Assembly: GCA_016748015.1 (NCBI GenBank)
Contig: JAAOMT010000046.1
Location: forward strand, 943,580-1,007,579
DNA from: Geosiphon pyriformis uo1
Taxonomy: Eukaryota > Fungi > Glomeromycota
Reading direction: 5' to 3'
Length of the DNA: 64,000 bases
Position numbers and translations under genes: made by a program. This document shows, piece after piece, positions 27,089 through 37,348 of this stretch (positions are counted from its first letter, which is position 1; each line of letters begins with the position of its first letter). Below the pieces are notes generated by a model that did no database searches, was not told where the DNA came from, and saw only the letters and a list, made by a program, of their open reading frames with translations.

Positions 27089-27808
27089 ATGACTATTCCT
27101 CAAAACATTCAACAATTATCCCAAAAACTAATGTTAGCTTTAAAAACAATACCCGAATTATCCATTACTGTTACTGGAAACCACATTAATTATACCCAAA
27201 CAGAAGTAGTTACAAATTTAGCCCCAAATTCACAAAAATATCACCCGTATAAGAAGAACACAAGAAGTTATACTAGAATTCACCTGCCAGAACTTTTAAA
27301 ACTTGCTTTAAGAGAAAATCTAATGCTCACTCCGATTAGTATTCCACCAAATGCTACAATTCAACAAAGACTTCAACTGTGTCTCAATGAGAAAAACACT
27401 GAATATCCTCCAATCTATAGATATTTTCACATTAGAAAAACACTCTATGAACAAAAACTGGAACTTACAACAGTAAACCTCGCAAAAGAAGCTATTCAGA
27501 AACAATTCCACAACAAATTCAAGACAACAGCTGGATCAACAAACAGTCGCTACAGGCTCAGAGCTGCTCTTAGACTTTATGACCTATTTCACACCTGTGA
27601 AAACGTACTACAAAACCCAATTTTTCAACTTTTAAAGATTCAATACATTAAAAAGCTCACAGAACTGAAATTTCAACAATTTTCAGACCAAATTTCTTCA
27701 ATAATTTTGGATTATTATCTGGAAATGACAAACAGTACTTGGATTTCGACGGAGCTCAGTTTTGAGAAGGAGGTTATGTTATCAGACGAAATTAGAGATA
27801 TTATTTAG
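27089..27808 (+). CDS. A ORF3, intact 239-aa protein of unknown function in the env position
   Basis: Open frame with homologues in H, D, E and F. No evident signal peptide or transmembrane segment. It runs 32 nt into the 3' LTR. Confidence 0.8.
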   Translation: MTIPQNIQQLSQKLMLALKTIPELSITVTGNHINYTQTEVVTNLAPNSQKYHPYKKNTRSYTRIHLPELLKLALRENLMLTPISIPPNATIQQRLQLCLNEKNTEYPPIYRYFHIRKTLYEQKLELTTVNLAKEAIQKQFHNKFKTTAGSTNSRYRLRAALRLYDLFHTCENVLQNPIFQLLKIQYIKKLTELKFQQFSDQISSIILDYYLEMTNSTWISTELSFEKEVMLSDEIRDII

Positions 27809-28746
27809 CATAAAATTATCTTATAATTCCTATCATTAATTAGCATCGTTTCAAATTATCACTTATTACATTAGCAAAAATGTCCAAAATTATCATTTAA
27901 TTAATAACCCAAATTGTACACAACACAAATGTAACCTAATTGCGATGATCAATCATGCAATACTCTGAACTATGTAACATTCAAAAGTTTGCCGAAATTT
28001 ATAGAAATTCGCCGAAATAATTAATAGTTCACCGAAATATCTAATAGTTCACAGAAATAACTTGTAGTTTGCTGAAATGTATCTTTAGTTCAGCGAAATT
28101 GTAGAAAATAGCAAAGTTCAAGTTCATAGAATAGTGTTACAACAAGTTGTATAAAAGAAGAGCTCTCTTCGAGAAAATGTATCTTACTTTAGATTTAACA
28201 ATTAGAATCATCTTTTATACACAAAAACAAAATAAATATCAAATAATTTGAAAAACCAAATTCTTTAATTATTGCATTTAGAAAATCCTCAAAACTCAAC
28301 TAATGTTTTGAAATTGATTAGCTACCAATTTCAGTAAACTGTTAGTGATTCCAGACCTAGATAGAAAACGTTTTCCTTAACAGAAATTCTATTTCTTTTA
28401 TATTTTTTTTATTTTTTTTTATTTTTTTATTACAATCATTAGGGTAGCCTACAGACAATATTCCTGTAGAAGAGTTGACTTTCACAGCAAAGTAACTACA
28501 CATTTTTAGTGAGCTTCTAGATAAGCAATTCCTGGGAAAAAGTTGACGTTTACTACAACGTAACTATATAAAAGCAACTGGCAAGGAATTGGCCATTCCA
28601 CTCATAAGCCCAGCAGCTCAAATTATAGGAGATAATTTGAGGATAAATTCAGTTATCAGAGGTTCAAACACTTCTCATAATTGTAAATTAACAGCATTAC
28701 AACAAACATACAAGAGCTAAGAAGAGACCAAAAACCTCCGGTAACA
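27777..28746 (+). repeat. A 3' LTR
   Basis: TGTTATC...GGTAACA; preceded by the PPT. Confidence 0.95.
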
Positions 28747-29915
28747 ACAATCAGGTCTTGAATAATCGGAGTTTTAACAAGTTTTAACAAGTTTATCAAA
28801 GGTAAGTTTCGAATGTTCAGGGTTTTAATTTAATGAGTTTTTAATGAATTTATCAAAGATAAGTTTTGAATATTCAGAGTTTTAATGATCAGATTTTGAA
28901 TAATCAGAGTTTTAATTTAACGAGTTTTAACAAATTTATCAATAGTAATTTTCGAATGTTCGGGGTTTTAATAATCGGGTCTTGAATAATCGGAGTTTTA
29001 ATTTAATGAGTTTTTAACAAATTTATCAACAGTAAGTTTCGAATGTTCAGGGTTTTAATGATCAGGTTTTGAATAAACGGAGTTTTAATTTAACAAATTT
29101 TAACGAATTTATTAATAGTACATTTTGAATGTTTGGAGTTTTAATGATCGGGTCTTGAATAATCGGAGTTTTAATTTAACGAGTTTTTAACAAATTTATC
29201 AATGGTAATTTTCGAATGTTCGGGGTTTTAACAATCGGGTTTTTGAATAAATGGAGTTTTAATTTAACGAGTTTTTTAACGAATTTATCAATAGTAATTT
29301 TTGAATGTTCGGAGTTTTTAATGATCAAATCTTGAATAATCGGAGTTTTAATTTAATGAGTTTTTAACAAATTTATCAACGGTAAGTTTTGAATGTTCGG
29401 GGTTTTAATGATTGGGGTTTTAATGATCGGGTTTTGAATAAACAGAGTTTTTTTTTTTTTTTTTTTAATTTAACGAGTTTTAATGAATTTATTAATAGTA
29501 CGTTTTGAATGTTCAGGGTTTTAACGATCAGGTCTTAAATAATCGGAGTTTAATTTAAAGAGTTTTTAACGAATTTATCAACAGTAAGTTTCGAATGTTT
29601 GGGGTTTTAATCATCAGATTTTGAATAAACGGAGTTTTAATTTAACAAATTTTTAATGAATTCATCAATGGTACGTTTCGAATGTTCGGGGTTTTAATGA
29701 TCGGGTCTTGAATAATCAGAGTTTAATTTAACGAGTTTTTAATGAATTTATCAATAGTAAGTTTCGAATGTTCAGGGTTTTAATGATCAGGTTTTGAATA
29801 AACGGAGTTTTAATTTAACAAATTTTTAACGAATTTATCAATGGTACGTTTTGAATGTTTGGGGTTTTAACAATTGGGTCTTGAATAATCAGAGTTTTAA
29901 TTTAATAAGTTTTTC
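28747..29915. repeat. Tandem array of ~87-bp units (about 13 copies) with alternating A/B variants (~173-bp dimer); degenerate copies at about 18740-18899
   Basis: The GAATAA(T/A)CGGAGTTTTAATTTAACG motif recurs at about 28898, 28984, 29071, 29157, 29245, 29334, 29436, 29537, 29623, 29710, 29796 and 29883. Confidence 0.92.
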
Positions 29916-30049
29916 AAAGGTAATGGTAAAATAAGAATTTTGCGAATCCTAAGTGATTTTCCCTTGTTTTCTCTTGGTCTGCCACTTTTCTGTATAGTTG
30001 TTGTTGGTATTGATTCTTTGTTGGATTATATCTCACAGGGAGCACCAAA

Positions 30050-30977
30050 TGTTACAAGTGATTATTTGGGGTCTTAAATCAAATAACAAACCTGTAACTT
30101 GGTGCTCAATTGATATAATGTTGTTGGTAATATCTGAAGGTATTGTTATCTAAAAGTTTTGGTTGAGTCCTTTGTATAATGAACAGAGATTCAATAAGGT
30201 TGATAGTGGTTGTATTCTCAAGTTGTTTTCCCAATTTCTTTCTTAGCTTGGTGGCCAGATTTATTCTGACAGTTGTGCCCTTCTGGTAAGCTATCCAATA
30301 ATATATAATTCTATCCTTATTTATGGGTCTTTTACCAGGCTATTCGTAATGTCAATAACTCAGCGCTTAATCCTTTTAATCAATTTAGTGAACAACAAAA
30401 GAAAATAAAATAAAATAAAGAAAATAAAAGAAAATAAAAAAATAAGAAAATAAAATAAGAAATAAGTGTCCTGTCAATACTCATGATCAAGAGCTATTGT
30501 GCCAGCAGGTTAAGTAGTGAATAATAACATGGATTTGAAGATAATAAATAATTTCATTAATATGAGAGTGATTTCACTTCAAGTTATAGTATTCTATCTT
30601 TTGAAGGAAGGGTATTTAATAATTATGATTTTGCGAGTCTAATTGATTCTATGAGTCTAATTGACTCCGCGAATTAATTGACTCTAAGTCCCATTGACTA
30701 ATTTTCTAACTTCTGATACTACTGCTATATATACATATTTGAGATTCCTCAATTCCTTAATTCTTCATGTCAGAAATCCTGGAATTTCTGGAATTCTGCA
30801 ATTCTTTTGAGAAGAATCCTGGAATTCTGGAATCCTGTGATTCTTTGTGTGAAAATTCTGCAATTTCTGGAATCCTGCAATTCCTCTGAGAGGAATCCTG
30901 GAATTCCACATTTACTATGTCTACCTATAATTGGCTAATTTATATGCTAATATACTTTCTATATTTTATGAGTAACA
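30050..30977 (-). repeat. B 5' LTR
   Basis: Near-identical to 17313-18224; adjacent to the PBS. Confidence 0.92.
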
Positions 30978-31377
30978 ACGTGCAATTGCTTTTATTTATT
31001 TCTTTATCATCTTTTATTTTTTTTTATTTTTTTGTTATTTCTTTGGTTTTTACTAAATTGATTAAAGATTAAGCACTGAGATACAGACGTTATAGGAACT
31101 AGTAAAAAACCTGTAAAACAAGAGTAGAACACTTATAGATTTGAGGATAGCTTACCAGGAGGATTACTGGCCATCACACTGAGAAAAAAATTTGATGGAA
31201 TTACAATTCTGAGAGGTTACTGAAAACAACTATTAAATCTCTGTTCATTATATAAAGAACTTCACAACAAAACCTTTAGATCAACCAAATCTTCAAAGAT
31301 CAACACCAGAATACCAACCAAGCACCAAGTTATAGATTTGTTATTTGACTTGAGACTCCAAATAATTATCTGTAACA

Positions 31378-33370
31378 ATGCCAACCAACTGAGTCATAAG
31401 CTTTTTATATATCTTGTAGAACCACTCAAATTTCATGACTCTTTTCAAGAGCATCTTCAACAACAGAGCCAACAGCAAAAACAGAAGACCAGGTTGAAGT
31501 GTCTTTCAAAACTGAGAAGTTGTTACCATGCAGGATGCCAAACTTGTTGTACATAAACATGATATAATCTAATAAAATCTTAGACAGAATCTTCTTCGCA
31601 GTTTCAATAAGTGCAATTGGCCTGGTGTTTGTCAAAACCCCATCCTAGTTATATGGTTTGGGGATCATAGACACCCACACCTTCTTCCAAGAAACAGGAA
31701 CATTGCCAGCTTTCAAACAAGCATTCAATAAATCTAAAAGACAAACCATCATTCTATCACCCTCATGCCTTCACAACTTATTGGAAATTCTAGATAGGCC
31801 AGCAGCTTTGCCATCAGACAACCTACTGACCACTAAAGACAACTTGCCCAAACTGATGTTACTCATCACTTCTGAGAAAGCATTGTTATCTACATGCACT
31901 AGAGGGACATATTGGGGAGTTCATACACCAGGTAAAACAGGACAATATTTCCTTTTGCAAGTCCAGTCCACCATAATTTCATCAATCCTGGATCTAACTT
32001 TCTTTGGTTACAGAATCAGCTCATCCCCAATCACCAAATGATCCAGAACAACTTTGCAGAATGGCTATTCCAGGATACTTCTAATCATGCCACTCTTATT
32101 TGAGCCAAAACTTTCTATACGCTTATCAATTGCATTTCTAATGTATTCACTCTTGACAAGTTCAGCCTCATAGTATTTAGACTTCTAATACTCTTTTTTA
32201 ATCTTTAACAAATGACCACACAAAGCATCTGACTTCAATTTGTTCTGGAACATAACAAGAAACTTAAAAGCCTTGATATTATACAAGGTTGACCAGACCT
32301 GCACAAGCCAATCAAGCTCTGACATAAGACCCAAACACAGACACTTCAAAATTTTAGCTATTAAAGATTTTAACTTAAAAAACCTCAAAAACTGTTTGTT
32401 TCTTGAGCAGTCAAACTCACAGAACCAATGTTTGGAAAATACATCATTTGCTGAACCACAAACTGTATCCTTGAAAACCTCCCACATCCCATTCAGGTTA
32501 CCATTCTCTTTGGTGACCAGGAAGAAATCTGAAAACAAATTCAAAAAAGCCAAAGAAAGCTCCTTAAAATGCACCCACTTAGCTGCATCTGCATTTTTGA
32601 TCCCAAATTTTTATCAGTTTTTGTTAGCCTGTTTTTGAATACTGTTCAGATGGGCATCTACCAACTCTTCTAACCCTATTGAAATCCCAACCATATTATG
32701 ATTGGTATCAAAAAATTCAGATACCAAGGCAACCTCTTATCTAACAACAGCTGAGGCCAAATTTTTATTAACAAAAATGTAGTCAATAACTTTTCTAACT
32801 TCTCGTGATTTGCTCCAAGTGCTTGATTTGTGCAAGAGAAATCCACCTAATAAGTTGACCAAGCCTAAGTCTGAACACTTCCTGAAACTGGCACACTTCT
32901 TAGTCCTATTTTCATTGAAATCACCACACAGAACCACAAAAAAACTCATATTTACAGCCTTGGAAATGAGTGCATTGACACTAGCAGCCTGAACAAATTT
33001 TGTTTTGGCCAAAACACCAGCATACAAACTTAAAAATATCACTGAAAGCTTATTCCTGAATAATAAGCAAACAGAAACAATCTGGCCAGAAATCTCTTCA
33101 ATCTTTGAAACATATTAAGCCAAGGAGCTATTCATCACAATAACCACATTTGTATCAAGATAATTCTCCTCCAGACCAGAAGTGAAAATTCTAATATCCT
33201 TAAACCTATTTTTAATCCAAGGCCCAACATTTTAACTTTAACTTAGTTTTAGTAAGAACAAAAACCATGTTACTAGATTCCAAATGCCATCTAATAATGT
33301 TCTCTTGTTTAGCCAAATTTGTCATATCTCTAACATTGCACATGGCAACTTTCTACACAAGACTGGTCAT
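31378..33370 (-). pseudogene. LINE-1 ORF2 N-terminal part: AP endonuclease and RT start
   Basis: KVAMCNVR, VLCGDFNE, KVIDYIFV, TNTRPIALIETAKKILSKIL, AYDSVGW. The ATG overlaps the ORF1 stop (TAATG, 33372-33368). Confidence 0.9.
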
Positions 33371-35210
33371 TAAGAAAGTTGATTAACAGGAATCATACTA
33401 GTATTTTTTATCTTAGCCGAAAGGCCCATAACCATAACTGACAGATTGTTCAAAGTCTCTTCCATTTTGGAGATAACTGAAGGATCAAAAACCACCATTT
33501 CTGCAATAGTCTTACCACTAGTGACCACACCCGAACCCTCACTTATCACTATATCTGCCTCTTGATTCTGTGATGAAGGAGTCACCAATGGCTAACATCC
33601 AGGGCTAAGCTGGGAAACTGTTGGCCCAGGTGTATCCAACCTTTTAGCCAGCTTATTAACATGCTTTGCAAGACTGGCAAGACTGCATTTAAGAACAGCA
33701 AACCTATTATTCAATTTTATAGACACCAGCAGGATAGGCTTCATCTCCGAAAAGAAGCCAGCTTTCAACAAAATGTTCCAACCAGAAGAAGAAGAAAGAG
33801 ACAACTCACCAGCAATTTGTGCTCATAAGACACCACCAAAAGAAACAAAATAAGCCACTGAAGCTGAGCATTTGGCATATATGGCAGCCAGCCTACTTTT
33901 ATCTGAGTTTGAAAGAGTTTTCTATAATAAAGCACCAGAAGAGACATTCTTTTTCTCACTAACAGAACAGGCCAATGATATATGGCCCAATTTCCCACAC
34001 CCAGCACATTTGGCCAAAACAAAACAAAACCAGTACAGATTGGCTCCTTTTAGAATAGGCATGGTTTTTATGACAGCCTTCAATGACTCAGCAGAATCAA
34101 AACAAACAGTAGCACACTTGGTCCAGGCATAAGAAACCGAGTGATGGTTAATTACACAAGTTTTCCCACCCACTAAAGCAACATAATTCCAAATATTATG
34201 TGCATTGGTTCTCATAGGCAGAGTGTACAAAAGAGCTTTGTAAACATCTCATGCATCCCATGATTCTTTGTCTATATTGGATCTAGCAACCCACACTGCA
34301 TTTTTCTCAATCAGGATAGACCATTTTGTTGTGACCAAATTAGCATAATCAATTTGTTCAAATTCAATCACTGCTTTTTGCCACAGCCCTACCAACTGCA
34401 TCTTAATCGACTTAATTAATCTGAATTCGGATAGCACAGTGTGCACAGCCTCTGCTAATGTCCCAATTGGAATTTCCTTTAACACCACAGCCCAATTTGA
34501 ATGCCCAGATGATTTCTTGAGATTGGTGTTTACCAAGATCTTCACCTCTTCAGTTTTTTTTGAAGTCTGCACCAAACTCAATTCAGAAGTAAATGTTACT
34601 CTTATGATCCCAGCAAATTTTGAGGGAGTAGAAGCCTTCCCCCAAAACCATTGATTTTTGAAAATAACTTTCTAACTACCACAAGTTTTTCTTGAGCAGA
34701 CTTCTCAACAACATTGTCCAAACTAATGTCCAGAGCAAAAGATTTCTTAATAGAAACATTGACCAAGTTTTTCAAAGGGGGAGGGAGAACCACAAGTTTG
34801 TCTAACAGTATGTTATCACTATTATCATCCAAGAAGTTAATTTTCTCCAGCAGTTTTTCCAGCATTCTCTTGGTAATAGTTTTTTTTGAACTTTTAAGCA
34901 TATGTTCCGAGTCTTTACTATTGAAAGCCTTATTATCTCCATAATTAAAGCTGATTTCTTCAACCAAACACTTCTTTTCCATGTTCACACTATTAGACTT
35001 AGTGATATCACCAGTCTCAGAATTTCAAGACCAATCATTTGACACCTCAGCAATAGCAAATTTCCAATTACCAATGTTATTCTCCAAAGCACCATCTCTT
35101 CTTTTTTTTCTAGGTTCAGCAGACTTAACACCAATATTAAAACCAAGTTCTATAATAGACTTGTTCAGAACAGCAATACTAAGGCCAATGATGGCCTTGT
35201 AATCAAGCAA
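33370..35210 (-). pseudogene. LINE-1 ORF1 (RRM-like + CCHC zinc knuckle + coiled coil)
   Basis: VVLKEIPIGT...QKAVIEF (RRM-like), CAGCGKLGHISLAC, and heptad-like LASLAKHVNKLAKRL. The start position is approximate. Confidence 0.75.
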
Positions 35211-36418
35211 AAACAGTTTGGATTTAGCATGCTGAATGGTAAAAAAACTTCTTTCAGAAAATTTTTGGCTTTTTTTTGGGAATTTGGGATGAATGATAGA
35301 AAGAAGTTTTTTTTTTTCTAATTGTAGCTATTTTTAATTGTTAATCAATTTTTGTAATAAAAATAATATTAAAAAAAACTATTACTTTTTAAGATATTTT
35401 TAAGATTAAATTAATTAATTTTTTTGTTTGTATAGCTTTTAATTTTAAAAATAATTGAATTAAAATTAAGACTTTAATTCAAACTTTTTTTTTTTATTAA
35501 CATTTAACAAATGAAGTCCAAACACTGCCTAAAGCAATACATTATACAAATAATCTAAACTAGATGTGAATTATGCACTTTCTATATGTGACTAGCCATT
35601 CGGACCAATCAGAACAACACTATACATCTATATGAACAGAAACAATATCACCAATGCCTGAAAAAAACAAACAAGACTTACAAAAACTGAAACCAACACC
35701 AATTGCCTCTGCAACACCCAGTAACCCAACTACGCTAGCTAATAGTACTGAAAAAAGCCCAGAAGTTGAGATAAAAACAGATCCATCACATAGAATAAGT
35801 TCATTTTTTTCCATAAAAGCACGGTGCTTGGCATAAACCAACCAAATGTCTTCCCAAAAAGCAAGACTAAACTTACATACAAAGACCACTATCTTCTAAC
35901 TCACCATTTTGGAATTCTTAAAAACAGAAACAGATTCACGAAACCAATTCTTGAAAATGAAACCCTTGTACAGAACAGTGCTAACCAAAATGTCAGATGC
36001 ACAGGTAAACAACAGCTGTGAGACATCTGAAGAAGAATGACTCAGATCAGATTGTACTCTTCAAGCTAATGCATAAATGTCCCAATAACCAAGCATAATC
36101 ATTGGCATCAAATGAACAAAAAAAAGCATGGTCCAAAACTTTGACATTACCACAGAACAAACACATCACACTAGGGTAATTCTTATTATAAAGCTGTTTA
36201 CACATGACAACAGTAAGCTGATAGTGTAATGTCTTTATAAAATATGTCCAAAAACCAGCAGTTCACTTGCTAGTGAAGCCAGCAGCCATGTAAGAATCTG
36301 ATGCCATACCAGTGATGATCTGAACCAATCAATATCCACATGCAGACTATCCACCACCACTCATGAACCAGAACCAATTTCCCAATGGGCACAATAAACT
36401 GACTGAAAAACATCCCAA

Positions 36419-37286
36419 TGTTACTTATAAAATATAGAAAATATAGTATTATTAGTCAGTAGATATTAGCCAATCAGATATAGACATAGTAAATGTAGAA
36501 TTCCAAGATTCTTCTTAGAAGAATTGCAGAATTCCAGGAATTTCAGGATTCCCTGACAAGGAATCGCAGGATTCCAGAATTCCAGGATTCCTCTTATCAG
36601 GAATCGCAGGATTCCAAGAATTCCAGGATTCCTGGTGCAAGAAATGGAGGAATTGAGAAATCTCAATTATGTATATATAGCAGTAGGATTAGAAGCTAAA
36701 AAGACAGACCTTCTCGTTTAGATTTAATCTAAGCAATTCTCCAAATTACTATCATCTAATAAATAACAATTTGTTATCTCAAATCCATTTCCATTATCAA
36801 CACTTCATATTGATAGTAATTGACACTTAACCTCACTAGAACAATAGCTCTTGATCATGGCTATTGACGGGATACTAATCTGCAAATTGCCTTGGCTTAT
36901 TTCTTTATATTTCTTTATATTTCTTTATTTTTTTTATTTTCTGTGATTTTGTTATTGTGCACTAACCAATTGATTAAAGCACTGATTACTGACATTAAGG
37001 ATTGCCTGGTAAAAGACCCCTGTGAGTGAGTAGAACACATACAGAAGATACGAATTACTTTCCAGAGGATTGTCAGCCACCAAGCCAAGAAAAAAATTGA
37101 CAGACTTGTGAATCTGGGAAGCTATGGATAAAACAACTATTGAATCTCTGTTCATTATACAAAGAACTCAACCAAAACCTTCAGATACCAACCACTTAAA
37201 GATATTATTAACAACACGAGTAGCTTTTGAGCACCAAGTTATGGGTTTGTTATTTGATTTGAGACCCTAAATAATCACCTGTAACA
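36419..37286 (+). repeat. D 5' LTR
   Basis: TGTTAC...GTAACA; GGAATTCC-type U3 array; TATATATA at about 36672. Confidence 0.93.
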
Positions 37287-37304
37287 TTTGGTGCTCCCTG
37301 TAAG
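37287..37304 (+). promoter_or_regulatory. Primer-binding site TGGTGCTC... (also at 19874, 44589, 56853; minus strand 30032-49, 8700-17)
   Basis: TGG lies 2 nt after the LTR end, complementary to a tRNA ending ...GAGCA-CCA. Identity not determined; elongator Met or Ile(UAU) are plausible. Confidence 0.8.
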
Positions 37305-37348
37305 GTATAATTCTACAGAAAACCAGCACCAACAAACACTATCCAAAA

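Larger units (their letters stand above)
18900..28746 (+). mobile_element. Ty3/gypsy-type LTR retrotransposon A, structurally complete (9.85 kb)
   Basis: LTRs 18900-19873 and 27777-28746. PBS TTTGGTGCTCTTC at 19874-19886. PPT GAGAAGGAGG at 27764-27773. Flanks ATGA/ACAA (decayed ACGA TSD). Confidence 0.95.
17313..30977 (-). mobile_element. Non-autonomous LTR element B (about 2 kb internal region: gag stub, satellite, dUTPase stub), hosting element A
   Basis: LTRs 30050-30977 (5') and 17313-18224 (3'). PBS TTTGGTGCTCCCTGTGAG at 30032-30049. PPT AAAGGAGGGAA near 18228-18238. TSD ATGT (17309-12) / ACGT (30978-81). No RT or IN. Confidence 0.92.
16891..31377 (+). mobile_element. Solo LTR C (F-like U3), split by element B into 16891-17312 and 30978-31377
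   Basis: ACTCATAAAA...ATTGCTCAGCAAT repeats, TATA at about 17104, end ...ATCTGTAACA at 31377. No PBS follows. The left junction lost TGTT, the TSD and about 20 bp of LINE. Confidence 0.85.
14087..35319 (-). mobile_element. LINE-1 (my label): full-length non-LTR retrotransposon (ORF1 + APE-RT-RNase H-CCHC ORF2), about 6.7 kb after removing nested inserts
   Basis: TSD AATTGTAGCTATTTTTA at 14070-14086 and 35320-35336. (TAA)n tail at 14087-14103. TT/AAAAA target in element orientation. Coding is collinear across the 16891-31377 insert (AYDSVGWH | RIKMC). Confidence 0.92.

Noticed and set aside
27089-27808. ORF3 as a retroviral envelope
   Set aside because: It is short and shows no evident signal peptide, furin site or transmembrane anchor.
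28747-29915. CRISPR-like array
   Set aside because: Whole units repeat head to tail with no unique spacers, there are no cas genes, and the context is a eukaryotic TE.
36961-37110. Known self-cleaving ribozyme in the LTR
   Set aside because: I could not find a hammerhead CUGAUGA/GAAA core or an HDV/hairpin consensus by eye.
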